A stretch of 64,000 bases of DNA from an uncultured Chloroflexia bacterium (GTDB taxonomy: Bacteria; Chloroflexota; Limnocylindria; Limnocylindrales; CSP1-4), in assembly GCA_963743855.1 (NCBI GenBank), contig CAVURK010000009.1, positions 257,956-321,955 on the forward strand, read 5' to 3'. Position numbers and translations under genes: made by a program. Below the pieces are notes generated by a model that worked only from the letters and a program-made list of their open reading frames with translations, had not been told where the DNA came from and searched no databases. Shown piece after piece: positions 9,118 through 19,532 of this stretch (the first letter of the stretch is position 1; every line of letters begins with the position of its first letter).

Positions 9118-10729
9118 ATGATCGATTCGGAAGCGGTCAGCTCGCGAGACGAAGAGCAGCTCCATCGGCTGGGCTACGCCCAGGAGCTGCGCCGCGGGAT
9201 GAAGACATTCTCCAACTTCGCGGTCTCGTTCACGATCATCTCGATCCTGTCAGGCTGCCTCACCCTGTTCCTGTTCGCGATGAACACCGGCGGGCCGGCC
9301 GTGATGACGCTCGGCTGGCTGTTCGTCGGGTTCTTCGTGACCCTCGTGGCGCTCGGCATGGCCGAAGTCGCGTCCAGCTATCCGACCGCGGGTGGCCTGT
9401 ACTACTGGTCGGCCAAGCTCGCGCCGGCATCGGGCCGGAACCCCGCGACGTGGAGCTGGTTCGTCGGCTGGTTCAACCTCGTCGGGCAGGTCGCGGTCAC
9501 GGCCGGCATCGACTTCGGTCTCGCCCTGTTCACGACCGCGTTCCTGAACCTGGCGTTCGGGGTCACGGTCACGCCGACGATCACGATCGCGGTCTACGGG
9601 GTGATGCTCGTCCTGCACGCGCTGCTGAATACCTTCGGGATCCGCCTCGTCAAGCTCCTCAACGACGTCTCGGTGTGGTGGCACATCGTCGGCGTGAGCC
9701 TCATCGTCGTCGTCTGCGTCCTCCTCAACCAGCACACGACGACGAGCCTCGGAACGGTCTTCTCGACGACCGTCAACAACACAGGCTTCGACGGAAGCCA
9801 GAGCTTCAACCTCCTGTTCCTGGGCATCCCCCTCTACGTCGCCCTGGTCGGCCTGCTCAATGCGCAGTACACCCTGACCGGGTTCGACGCGTCGGCCCAC
9901 ATGTCCGAGGAGACGCACGACGCCGATACCTCTTCACCGAAGGGGATCGTCTGGTCGGTGGTCATCTCGGTGATCTTCGGGTTCATCCTCCTCGTCGCGA
10001 TGAACGTCGGGATCACGCCCGAGAAGATCTTCACCGGGACCGACGGCAGCCAGGTCGACGGCTACACGCACGCGCTCCAGTCGGCGACTGGCGTCCCGCC
10101 GGTCCAGATCTGGATCGATGCCGTCGGCCAGACGCTCGGCATGCTGGTCCTGCTCGTCGTCATCGGCGCGCAGTTCTACTGCGGGATGTCGTCGGTCACG
10201 GCGAACTCGCGGATGATCTACGCCTTCTCGCGCGATGGCGCGGTGCCGGGCAGCAGGTTCTGGCACCGGATCAACAAGCGGACCCGGACCCCGACGAACT
10301 CGATCTGGCTGGCGGCAGTCGGCGCGTTCATCCTGGGCCTTCCCTACCTGTACAGCCCGGTCGCCTACGCGGCGATCACCTCGATCGCGGTCATCGGGCT
10401 GTACGTCGCCTACATCGCGCCCGGTCTTCCTGCGATTGCGTGCCGGCGACAAGTTCCAGGCAGGCCCGTGGAGTCTCGGCCGGTGGAGCCGGCCGATCGG
10501 GATCGTGGCGACCATCTGGGTGGTCTTCATCTTCGTCCTGTTCATGCTCCCGCAGGTCTACCCGATCACGATCCAGACCTTCAACTACACGCCGGTGGTC
10601 TTCCTCGTGGTCCTCGGCGGCGCGGCGATCTGGTACTACGTCTCGGCGAAGCACTGGTTCACGGGCCCGCGGGTCCAGGGCGACCCCGACGAGCTGCGCG
10701 CGATCGAGAAGGACCTCGAGGTCATCTAG
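9118..10729 (+). pseudogene. APC-superfamily amino acid/polyamine permease, frameshifted at ~10421
   Basis: A GGAGGG Shine-Dalgarno sequence precedes ATG 9118. About 12 TM segments are present (AEVASSYPTAGGLYYW, GFDASAHMSEE). The C-terminus continues in ORF 10235..10729 (VFLRLRAGDKFQAGPW...). The junction is at a CCC run and the span is 3n+1. Confidence 0.85.
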
Positions 10730-10778
10730 GGAGCGACCGACCCGTCGGGAGCGACTGACCCTGGGCACGCGCCCTGGG

Positions 10779-11562
10779 TCAGTAGAGCATCGTCGTCCCG
10801 GTCGGGAAGATGAAGGTGAACGCGGCCGGTGGCAGGGGCACGTCGGGCGACAGCTCGACGACCTCTGCGTGCCGGGTGATCGCGCCGCCGATCGTCTCGA
10901 CCAGTCGCAGGATCACTCCGGTGTCGCGATCGACCGCGATCGAGATGTGGAAGTCCGGGCGATCGCCCGACAGCTCGGTCGTCCGCGGATGGTCGCACTC
11001 GACCAGGATCGCCTCGCGCCCGATCACGACCTCGGTGCCGGTCACCATGCAGCGACCGGTGGCGAGCACGTTCTGGCAGTACCCCGCGGGGTGGAGGAAC
11101 GTCTCGGGGAGCGTCTCCGCCGGCAGCGCCGTGACCGGCACGTAGACCTTGGCCGTCCCGGGGAAGTCGTGGTCGCCGAGGCCGCGCGGCCGGTTGCGGA
11201 TCGGCCGTTGCGTGCCGAGCCTGTGGGTGCTCGAGTAGGTCCGGACGATGTCTCCGTCGGAGATCCAGACCTCGTATTCGGTCCGGCGCTCCCTCGCCGG
11301 GCCGCGTCGTGGTGACCTTCGCGTCGCCAGGGTGCCGCAGGACCGTGTCCATCAGCGTCGCCTCTTCGCCGCGCGAGGTCCTGGCGCGCTCCTCGATCCG
11401 CAGCCGGAGCGTCGCGAACCGCAGCTCGGCATCGCGCATGAAGTCGAACAGCTCGCCGACGGTCGGCAGACCGGCCTCGAGGGCGACGATCTCCGGCAGC
11501 CGCGTGCCATCGGTGCGGGCGGGCAGGGCAGCGGCGCGGTCCCACAGGCGGGTCTCGGTCAT
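10779..11562 (-). pseudogene. Hypothetical protein, frameshifted at ~11290
   Basis: The N-terminus (MTETRLWDRAAALPA...LRHPGDAKVTTTRPGEG) lies in ORF 10726..11562. The remainder (EYEVWISDGDIVRTY...VPVTALPAETLPETFLHPAGY...) lies in the frame of ORF 10779..11141. I recognise no family. Confidence 0.6.
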
Positions 11563-11623
11563 CGGGCGGATTGTAGCCGCCGGTCGAGGGCGGCGGACGC
11601 ATCCTCGCGCTCGGCGAGCGTGC

Positions 11624-13034
11624 TCAGCCTCCGGCCGGCCCGCCGCCGAGCCCGGGCTCGGTCATCGCGGCCGGATCGAGCAGCCGGTCGAGCTCGGCCG
11701 GATCCATCCCGCGCTCGAGGGCGAGCTCGCGGATCGTGCGCCCCGACTTGAGCGCTTCCTTGGCCAGCTTGGCTGCCTCGTCGTAGCCCAGCACCGGCGC
11801 CAGCGCCGTGGCGAGCATCAGCCCCTGCTCGACCAGCTGCGGCCCGCGGTCCGTGGCCTCCAGGCCCTCGACCAGGCGGCCGCTCAGGTTCCCGGCCGCC
11901 GCCGCGAGGAGCGAGATCGATTCGAGCAACGCCGCCGATGTCACCGGCAGCATCACGTTGAGCTCGAGCAGGCTGCCGGTCTGCGCGAAGCCGATCGTCG
12001 CGTCGTTCCCGACGACCCGGGCGACCACCATCGTCAGGCTCTCGACGATGACCGGATTGACCTTGCCGGGCATGATGCTCGACCCCGGCTGGGTCTCCGG
12101 CAGGGCGAGCTCGCCGAGACCGGCGCGCGGGCCCATCCCCATCAGCCGGATGTCCGATGCGATCTTCCAGAGGCTGAGCGCGATCGTCCTGATCGCCCCG
12201 TGCGCGGCGATCGCCGCGTCGAGCGTCGCCTGGGCGTGGAAATGGTTGCTCGTCTCGCGGACCGCCAGCCCGGTCAGCGCCGACAGGCGGGCGCAGGCAC
12301 GGAACGCGAACTCCGGGTGCGCGTTGATCCCGGTCCCGACCGCCGTCCCGCCGAGCGGCACCTCGAGCAGCTCGGTCTGGGCGGTCCGCGCCCGACGGAG
12401 CGATTCCTCGACCTGGCCGGCGTAGCCGCGGAACTCCTGCCCGAGCCGGATCGGCGTCGCATCCTGGAGGTGCGTCCGGCCGGTCTTGATGATCGGCCAG
12501 AACGCCTGCTCCTTGGCGACCAGCGCGGTATGGAGCCGCTCGAGGGCGGGGAGCAGCTCCTCCTCGATCGCCACCGCGGCCGACAGCTGGAGCGCGGTCG
12601 GGACAGTGTCGTTCGAGCTCTGGCAGCGGTTGACGTCGTCGTTCGGGTGGACCTTCCGCCCGCCCAGCCGGGCCGACGCGAGATGCGCGACGACCTCGTT
12701 CATGTTGGTGTTGGTCGAGGTGGCCGAGCCAGTCTGGTAGATGTCGATCGGGAACTGGTCGTCGTGGTCGCCGTCGGCGACCGACGCGGCCGCGGCCGCG
12801 ATCGCCCCGGCGACCTCGGGGTCGAGCAGGCCGAGCGCCCCGTTCGCCTCGGCCGCGGCCAGCTTGACCAGCGCCAGCGCCCGCAGGAAGCGCGCGGGCA
12901 TCGGCTGGCCGGAGATCGGGAAGTTGTTGACGGCCCGCTGGGTCGACGCGCCGTACAGGGCGTCGACCGGGACCTGCCATCTCGCCCATCGAATCGCGCT
13001 CGGTTCGGGTGGCCGCGGCCGGTGTCTCGGGCAT
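11624..13034 (-). pseudogene. fumC: Class II fumarate hydratase (fumarase/aspartase family), frameshifted at ~12976
   Basis: Contains the GSSIMPGKVNP signature, HPNDDVNRCQSSNDTVPTA and TGRTHLQDATP. The true N-terminus MPETPAAATRTERDSMGEM is one frame off from QVPVDALYGASTQRA. The span is 3n+1. Confidence 0.85.
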
Positions 13035-13097
13035 GGTCCGATTGTAGGGCGGCGCGCGGACTCGAACGCGTAGAGCGGGGGCGCTAGCATCGACCCG

Positions 13098-13901
13098 ATG
13101 CCCACCATCGACGCGAACGGCCTGTCGATCGCCTACGAGACGGTCGGCGACGGCGAGCCGCTGGTCATGCTCCACGGCGCGTCGACGACGGGGCGCGGCT
13201 CGTTCGGTGCCCAGATCCCGTCGCTCGCCGAGGCGTTCCGCCTCTATCTGCCGGATGCTCGCGGTCACGGCGCGACGCGCTGGGATGCCGCGAACGGGTT
13301 CGAGGCCGGCTGGCTGGTCGACGATCTCGAGGCGTTCGCCGACGCGCTCGGGCTCGCGACATTCCACCTGGCCGGCTACTCGATGGGAGCGATGACAGCG
13401 CTCGGGTTCGCCGTGCGAGCGCCGGCCCGCGTCCGGACCCTGGTCGTCGTGGGGATCACGACGGCCCGCGAGCCGCGCGCGAGCGTCGGTCGCCGGCTGA
13501 TGGATCCCGAGCGGATCGCCCGCGACGATCCGGCCTGGGCGGCCGAGATGGATCGGACGATCGACCCGACGCAGGGAGCCGGAGCCTGGCGACGCCTCCT
13601 GCCGGCGATCGCGCAGGACATCGCCGACCAGCCGCTCCTGACCCCGGGCGAGCTCCGGTCGATCACGGCACCGACCCTCGTGGCCTGCGGCGACCACGAC
13701 CCGCTCGTCTCCGTCGGGCAGGCCTGGGAGCTGTCGCGCCAGGTCCGCGACGGACGCCTCTTCGTCGCCCCCGACAGCGGACATGATGTGCTGACCCGCC
13801 GGCCCGCCCTCGCGCTCGAGGCGATCCGCGGCTTCTACCGCTCGACGACCGGAGCGGCAGCCGCCGCCCGGACCGACCGATCATCGGAGGTACGCCCATG
13901 A
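13098..13901 (+). CDS. Alpha/beta-fold hydrolase
   Basis: HG oxyanion motif (VMLHGAS), nucleophile elbow GYSMGA, and a C-terminal DSGHD. Confidence 0.85.
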   Translation: MPTIDANGLSIAYETVGDGEPLVMLHGASTTGRGSFGAQIPSLAEAFRLYLPDARGHGATRWDAANGFEAGWLVDDLEAFADALGLATFHLAGYSMGAMTALGFAVRAPARVRTLVVVGITTAREPRASVGRRLMDPERIARDDPAWAAEMDRTIDPTQGAGAWRRLLPAIAQDIADQPLLTPGELRSITAPTLVACGDHDPLVSVGQAWELSRQVRDGRLFVAPDSGHDVLTRRPALALEAIRGFYRSTTGAAAAARTDRSSEVRP

Positions 13902-14251
13902 CCACGTTGCTCGCCCTGTTCCGCCGTCCCGAGGGCGGCCCCGACGCGCTGGCGACCTTCGAGCGGCGCTATGCCGCGGAGCACCTGCCGCTCGTCGCGC
14001 AGACACCGGGGCTGCGCGAGACCCGCGTCCGACGCGTCAGCGAGGCGCTCGGTGCCGAGACGGATCTCGTCCTCGTCACGACGATGGTCTTCGACGACCG
14101 AGCGTCGCTCGACGCCGGACTCGGGTCTGATCCGATGCGCGCAGCAGGGCGGAATCTGCGCGAGATCGCTCCCGGGCTGGCCACGCTCATCGTCCTCGAC
14201 GACGCACCGGAAATGGATGCCGCCGCTTCCCGCGGCGTGGATACTGTCTGA
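13898..14251 (+). CDS. EthD-domain protein (Dabb-fold)
   Basis: About 117 aa. FRRPEG...FERRYAAEHLPLV...V.R is typical of the EthD family. Its start overlaps the upstream stop as ATGA. Confidence 0.7.
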   Translation: MTTLLALFRRPEGGPDALATFERRYAAEHLPLVAQTPGLRETRVRRVSEALGAETDLVLVTTMVFDDRASLDAGLGSDPMRAAGRNLREIAPGLATLIVLDDAPEMDAAASRGVDTV

Positions 14252-14272
14252 ACGAACCGTCGAGGAGCCCGG

Positions 14273-15140
14273 GTGACCGACAGCGCGCCGCCGAACGATC
14301 GGCTCCAGGAGACACAGGCCGACGCCGACGCCGTCCTCGTCCGCGTCGAGTACCCGTCGCACGCGCCCCGATCGGCAGCGCCGGACGTCTCACTCGACGG
14401 CGTCGCGCTCGTCACCCTCGACCGGCCGAAGGCCCTCAACGCCCTCAGCTTCGACCTGCTCGACCAGCTCGTCGGCGCGCTCGAGCGGCTCGACGCCGAC
14501 CCGGCCTGTCGCGTGATCGTGCTGACCGGCGCCGGTGACCGCGCATTCGCGGCCGGGGCCGATATCCGCGAGCTCGCGACGCAGACCTCGGCTTCGCTCG
14601 CCGCGGGCGGACGGTTCGGAGCGTGGGACCGGCTGGCCGCGATCGGCCTCCCGCTGATCGCCGCGGTCCGTGGGTTCGCCCTCGGCGGTGGCTGCGAGCT
14701 CGCGATGGTCTGCGACATGGTCGTGGCCGCCGACGATGCCACCTTCGGCCAGCCCGAGATCATGCTCGGGGTCATGCCCGGTGCAGGTGGCACGCAGCGG
14801 CTGACCCGGGCGATCGGCAAGGCACGGGCGATGGACCTGATCCTCACCGGCGGGACGATGACCGCCCAGGAGGCGCTGGCGCGCGGGCTCGTCAGCCGGG
14901 TCGTCCCGGCCGAGGCCACTCTCGACGCGGCGCTCGAGCTGGCCGAGGTCATCGCGGCGAAGCCGCCGCTGGCCGTCCGCGCGGCGAAGGCCGCGATCCT
15001 CGACGCGGCGGAGCGTACCCTGAGCGACGGACTCGACCGCGAGCGCGACGGCGTTCTTCGGGCTCTTCGATACCGATGACCAGGCCGAGGGGATGGCGGC
15101 CTTCACCCAGAAACGCCCGCCCGTCTGGTCGGGACACTGA
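14273..15140 (+). pseudogene. Enoyl-CoA hydratase (crotonase family, PaaF-like), frameshifted at ~15050
   Basis: Contains LDRPKALNAL, FAAGADI and GGGCELAMVCD. The conserved C-terminus FFGLFDTDDQAEGMAAFTQKRPPVW lies in the +1 frame after ...LDRERD. The span is 3n+1. Confidence 0.85.
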
Positions 15141-15166
15141 CCTCGAGCGCGCAGGAGGAGGACGCG

Positions 15167-15958
15167 ATGGAGCGAGATCCCGACGGCGGGACGGATGTCG
15201 GACTCGATCTCGAGCGCGAGCTCAGCGACGACGCGCCCGCGTCGCTCCGTGACGCCGCGCCGAACTACCTCGCGCCGATCGACGAGTCCTCGCCGGTCAG
15301 TGGCCATTCGCCCGCGCCCGAGTCGAGCGGATCACCCGCCGACAGCCCGGAACAGGACTGGACGCATGCCCGCGACATCATCTACCCGGCCTTCCGCCCG
15401 GTCGGGACCCAGGGCCTCTCGATCGAATCGATCGATCGCAACGTGCTCGCGGCACACGCCGCCCAGAGCCACGCCCAGCCGCTGATCGACGTCGGGCCGG
15501 CCGAGCTGCCGATCGTCTACACCATCGACGCCGGCGCCTACGACATCATCGTGAACGGCGACCACCTGCTGTCGTGGGGCGTCGAGCCATCCGAGGTCCA
15601 GGACGCGGCGATGCGCAATCTCGCGCGCTGGTCGGCGACGGCACCGTGGACCGACGAGGTATCCGGCGACCGCCGGCTGATCAGCTCGGACACCGGTCAC
15701 GGCTGGGATGCCGCCCGGATCCTGCTGCCCGATGTCGTCGCCCACCTGACGACCGAGCTCGGGGCGACCGGGCGGATCCTCGTCGGCCTTCCAGAACGTC
15801 ACCTGATGACGGCCGGTTCGTTGCTCCCGGGCGACGACGATTTCGCGACGCTCTTCGCGGAGTTCATCGTCGAGCACTCGGGAGGCGCCGACGAACCGAT
15901 CGACCGGCGCGTCTTCGAGCTCGTCGACGGCCGGCTGGTCGAGTTCGCCGGCGTCTGA
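15167..15958 (+). CDS. Hypothetical protein (acidic N-terminus)
   Basis: Intact ORF with coding-like third-position GC. I recognise no family. Confidence 0.55.
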   Translation: MERDPDGGTDVGLDLERELSDDAPASLRDAAPNYLAPIDESSPVSGHSPAPESSGSPADSPEQDWTHARDIIYPAFRPVGTQGLSIESIDRNVLAAHAAQSHAQPLIDVGPAELPIVYTIDAGAYDIIVNGDHLLSWGVEPSEVQDAAMRNLARWSATAPWTDEVSGDRRLISSDTGHGWDAARILLPDVVAHLTTELGATGRILVGLPERHLMTAGSLLPGDDDFATLFAEFIVEHSGGADEPIDRRVFELVDGRLVEFAGV

Positions 15959-15967
15959 CGCGGCCCG

Positions 15968-16768
15968 ATGACCGCGGACGCACGGCCGGCATTCGCGTCG
16001 CTGCGCTACGAGGTCGCCGACGCGATCGCCACGATCACCCTCGACCGGCCCGCTGCGCTCAATGCGCTGACCGTCCCGCTCAAGCTCGAGCTGCTGGCGG
16101 CGTTTCGGGCGGTCGCGCGCGATCGCGCTGTCCGGGCGGTCGTCCTGACCGGTGCGGGCCGGGCGTTCTGCGCCGGGCAGGACCTCAAGGAACGGCTCGA
16201 ACCGGACGCCGCGCCGCTCGAGGTCGAGGTCCGCGAGCGCTACAACCCGATCATCGCGGCGATGCGCCGGCTCGACCAGCCGATCGTCGGGGCGATCAAC
16301 GGGGTCGCGGCCGGCGCGGGTGCATCGCTCGCGTTCGCGTGCGACATCCGCGTCGCGGCCGAGGGCGCGAGCTTCGTCCTGGCCTTCGGGCGGATCGGGC
16401 TGGTGCCCGACAGCGGCGCGACCTGGTTCCTGCCGCGCCTCGTCGGACCGGCCAAGGCCGCCGAGCTGGCGCTGCTCGGCACGTCCCTGACGGCGGCCGA
16501 GGCGGAGCGGTTCGGGCTCGTGACGCGGGTCGTCCCCGCCGACGCGCTCGCGGCCGAGGCACGAGACGTGGCGGCCACCCTGGCCGGACTGGCCCCGCAG
16601 GCCCTGGCGCTGACCAAGCACGCCCTCGACGCGAGCTGGTCGGCCGACCTCGAAACGACCCTCCGCGATGAGGCGTACCGGCAGGGGATCGCCGGCGCCA
16701 CGGCCGACCACGCCGAGGGTCTGGCCGCCTTCGTCGAGAAGCGGCCGCCGCGGTTCACCGGGGAGTAG
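15968..16768 (+). CDS. paaG: Enoyl-CoA hydratase/isomerase, PaaG-like (1,2-epoxyphenylacetyl-CoA isomerase)
   Basis: Contains LDRPAALNAL, FCAGQDL, NGVAAGAGASLAFACD and EGLAAFVEKRPP. It lies adjacent to paaR-paaABCD. Confidence 0.8.
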   Translation: MTADARPAFASLRYEVADAIATITLDRPAALNALTVPLKLELLAAFRAVARDRAVRAVVLTGAGRAFCAGQDLKERLEPDAAPLEVEVRERYNPIIAAMRRLDQPIVGAINGVAAGAGASLAFACDIRVAAEGASFVLAFGRIGLVPDSGATWFLPRLVGPAKAAELALLGTSLTAAEAERFGLVTRVVPADALAAEARDVAATLAGLAPQALALTKHALDASWSADLETTLRDEAYRQGIAGATADHAEGLAAFVEKRPPRFTGE

Positions 16769-16776
16769 CCCTCGCC

Positions 16777-16805
16777 TTGACGACACGGGCCCGCAGCCGT
16801 AGGCT
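16777..16805 (+). promoter_or_regulatory. Candidate sigma-70-type promoter for paaR-paaABCD...
   Basis: TTGACG (16777-16782), a 17-nt spacer, then TAGGCT (16800-16805), in the 75-bp gap upstream of the TetR gene. Confidence 0.4.
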
Positions 16806-16808
16806 GCG

Positions 16809-16832
16809 CCCCTAACAAGCGTTAGTTAGGGG
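16809..16832 (+). promoter_or_regulatory. Candidate PaaR (TetR) operator palindrome
   Basis: The sequence is CCCCTAACAAGCGTTAGTTAGGGG, with core CTAAC-AAGC-GTTAG at 16812-16825. It sits just downstream of the putative -10, 12 nt before the ATG of the TetR gene. Confidence 0.4.
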
Positions 16833-16843
16833 CATCGTCAGGC

Positions 16844-17446
16844 ATGGTCGAGATCACGCGCCGGCAGGCGATCGAGGACGCCGCCAGCGCGCTGTTCCAC
16901 AAGCAGGGCTACTCGGCGACGAGCGTGCGCGACATCGCGCGCGCGGTCGACATCCAGGGGGCCAGCCTGTACGCCCACGTGGCCTCGAAGCAGGACGTCC
17001 TGTGGTCGATCGTGGCGCACACGGCCACTCGCTTCGAGGAAGCCGCCGAGACGGTCGAGGCCGGCGACCCGGGCGCCCTCGTGTTCGGGCCCGGCGTCCA
17101 GCTCATCTCGCTGGTCCGGGCGCACGTCGGCGTGGTCACCGACGACATCGAGCGGGCCAGCGTCTTCGTCCACGAGTGGCGAGCCCTCGACCGCGTCCAT
17201 CGGGACGAGATCGCCCGCCGGCGCGACGCCTACGAGGCCCGCTTCCGCGCGACGATCGAGCACGGCGTCCAGACCGGTGCCTTCGCCGCGGTCGACCCCG
17301 TCGTGACCGCCGCGTACATCCTGTCCGCCGCGAACGGCCTGGTCGCCTGGTATCGCCCCGGCGGCCGAGTGTCGGCCACGACGATCGCCGAGACCTATGC
17401 CGATCTGTCGCTGCGAGCCGTCCAGGCCTTCGGACCGCGACCATGA
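16844..17446 (+). CDS. paaR: TetR-family transcriptional regulator (PaaR-like)
   Basis: N-terminal HTH FHKQGYSATSVRDIARAVDIQGASLYAHVASKQDVL. Its stop overlaps the paaA start as ATGA. Confidence 0.8.
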   Translation: MVEITRRQAIEDAASALFHKQGYSATSVRDIARAVDIQGASLYAHVASKQDVLWSIVAHTATRFEEAAETVEAGDPGALVFGPGVQLISLVRAHVGVVTDDIERASVFVHEWRALDRVHRDEIARRRDAYEARFRATIEHGVQTGAFAAVDPVVTAAYILSAANGLVAWYRPGGRVSATTIAETYADLSLRAVQAFGPRP

Positions 17447-18430
17447 CCGATCCGCTCGCGCTCGAGCCGATCCTCGGGCCGCTCGAACGCGGCCGTCCGG
17501 CCTTCAACGACGACCTGCCCGCACGACGAGCGCTTCGCCCTGTTCGAGGAGCACATCGCGGCCGGGCTCAAGGTCGAGGCGACCGACTGGATGCCCGACG
17601 AGTACCGGACCGCCGTCCTGCGCTTCGTCGAGATGCACGCGAACAGCGAGCTGATGGGCGTCCTGCCCGAGCGCGAGTGGCTGATGCGGGCACCGACCCT
17701 GCGCCGCAAGCTGGCCCTGACCGCCAAGGTCCAGGACGAGGTCGGCCATGCCCAGCTGCTCTACCGGGTGGCCGAGGACCTCGGCAAGCCACGCGAGGCG
17801 ATGTTCGACGACCTGCTCGCCGGGAAGACCAAGTTCCACAACGTCTTCCACTACCCGACCGTCGGCTGGGCCGACGTCGGGATGATCGCCTGGCTCGTCG
17901 ATGCCGCCGCGATCGTCGCCCAGCAGGCCCTCCGCGACTCGTCCTACGCCCCGTACGCCCGGACGATGCGCAAGATCTGCTGGGAGGAATCGGTCCACAT
18001 CATGCACGGCCGCGACGTGGTCGTGACCATGGCCACCGGCTCGCCGGGACAGCGCGCCGCGATCCAGGACGCGCTCGACCGCTGGTGGGGGCCGTTGATG
18101 CAGATGCACGGCCCGCGCTCACCGCGCGAGAAGGACCGCGACATCCACTGGCGGATCAAGGCCAAGACGTCCGAGGAGCTCCGCCAGGAGTTCCTGACCA
18201 TCTACGTGCCACGGATCCGCGAGCTCGGGCTGGTCATCCCGGACCCGGAGCTCGACTACGACGCCGACGCCCGCGAGTGGCGCTACGCCGAGCCCGACTG
18301 GGACGAGCTCCGGACCGTCGTGACCAACCACGGCCCGCGGTCGCAGGCTCGGCTCGAGTTCCGCAGGCTCGCCCGCGAGGAGACGCGCTGGGTGCGCGAA
18401 TCGATCCTGGGCGTGCCCCGAGCGGCATGA
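17443..18430 (+). pseudogene. paaA: 1,2-phenylacetyl-CoA epoxidase subunit A, frameshifted at ~17519
   Basis: Contains ERFALFEEHIAAGLKVEATDWMPDEYR, HANSELMG, DEVGHAQLLY and EESVH (di-iron ligand motifs). ATG 17443 with MTDPLALEPILG... is one frame off. The junction is at a CCC run and the span is 3n+1. Confidence 0.9.
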
Positions 18431-18762
18431 CCGACGACACGACGACCACCCCCGAGCTCGAGGCCTGGGAGGTCTTCCGCCAGGAGAAGGACGGCGACCC
18501 GATGCGCCACGGCGGCAGCGTCATGGCCCCCGACGCCGAGCTCGCGGTCCACTACGCCCGCGAGATGTACGGCCGCCGCCAGGAGAGCGTCCGGCTGTGG
18601 GTCGTCCGCCGCGCCGATGTCCTCGACCTCGACGACCCGGACCTGCTCCAGCCGCCGCTCGATCGCTCGTTCAAGAAGCCCGGCGGGTACGTGATGCGCG
18701 ACAAGCTGGCCGCGGCGCGGGCGTTGTCGGGCCAGGCCAAGCCGAAGGCCCGTTCGGGATGA
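18427..18762 (+). CDS. paaB: 1,2-phenylacetyl-CoA epoxidase subunit B
   Basis: 111 aa: WEVFRQEKDGDPMRHGGSVMAPDAELAVHYAREMYGRR...LWVV. ATGA overlaps link it to both paaA and paaC. Confidence 0.9.
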   Translation: MTDDTTTTPELEAWEVFRQEKDGDPMRHGGSVMAPDAELAVHYAREMYGRRQESVRLWVVRRADVLDLDDPDLLQPPLDRSFKKPGGYVMRDKLAAARALSGQAKPKARSG

Positions 18763-19532
18763 GCGGGACCGCCGCCATCTCCCCGCCCGCGACCGCGTTG
18801 GCCGAGCTCCTCCTGTCGATGGCCGACGACGAGTTCGTCATCGGCTTCTCCGATTCGGAGTGGACGGGGATCGCGCCGCTCCTCGAGGAGGACGTGGCGA
18901 TGAGCTCGATCGCCCAGGACGAGCTGGGCCACGCTGCCGCGCTCTACGGCCTCCTCGCCACGCTGACCGACAGCGACGCCGACGCTCTGGCCTACGATCG
19001 AGAGCCCGTCGACTACCGCCACTGCCGTCTGCTCGACCACGGCCGCGGCGACTGGGCGATGACGATCGCCCGGCGCTTCCTGTACGACACGGCCGACGTC
19101 GTCCGGCTCGACGCGCTGGTCGGCGGATCGTGGGCGCCGCTGGCCGAGCTCGTCGCGAAGCTGATCCGCGAGGAGCGCTATCACCGGATGCACGCCGGCG
19201 CGTGGCTCGACCGCCTTGCCCGTACCGAGGGCGAGCCGCGTGACAGGCTGCTGGCCGCCCTCGCCGAGCTCGCTCCGGACGCGGCCACGGTCTTCACGCC
19301 ACTCCCCGGCGAGCCGGCACTCCTCGAGGCCGGCATCCTGGCGGCTCCGATGACCGACCTGGAGACCCGCTGGCGCGCCACGATCGACCCGGCGTTCGCG
19401 GACCTCGACCTGCCGATGCCGCCACCTGCCCTCGATCCGGAGCGCGGCCGCCTCGACCATGGCGAGGCCTTCCGCTGGCTGTGGGGCGAGTTCACCTCGG
19501 TCCGCCGATCCGACCCGGGAGCGACCTGGTGA
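18759..19532 (+). CDS. paaC: 1,2-phenylacetyl-CoA epoxidase subunit C
   Basis: Starts at the internal ATG (MSGTAAIS...). Contains LLSMADDEFVIGFSDSEW, IAQDELGHAAALY and EERYHRMH. Confidence 0.9.
   Translation: MSGTAAISPPATALAELLLSMADDEFVIGFSDSEWTGIAPLLEEDVAMSSIAQDELGHAAALYGLLATLTDSDADALAYDREPVDYRHCRLLDHGRGDWAMTIARRFLYDTADVVRLDALVGGSWAPLAELVAKLIREERYHRMHAGAWLDRLARTEGEPRDRLLAALAELAPDAATVFTPLPGEPALLEAGILAAPMTDLETRWRATIDPAFADLDLPMPPPALDPERGRLDHGEAFRWLWGEFTSVRRSDPGATW

Noticed and set aside
11559-13784. 741-aa ORF on the minus strand spanning fumC and the alpha/beta hydrolase
   Set aside because: Only its short MPETPAAATRTERDSMGEM segment is real, being the fumC N-terminus before the frameshift. 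The rest is RGDP-rich non-coding read-through antisense to a conserved hydrolase.
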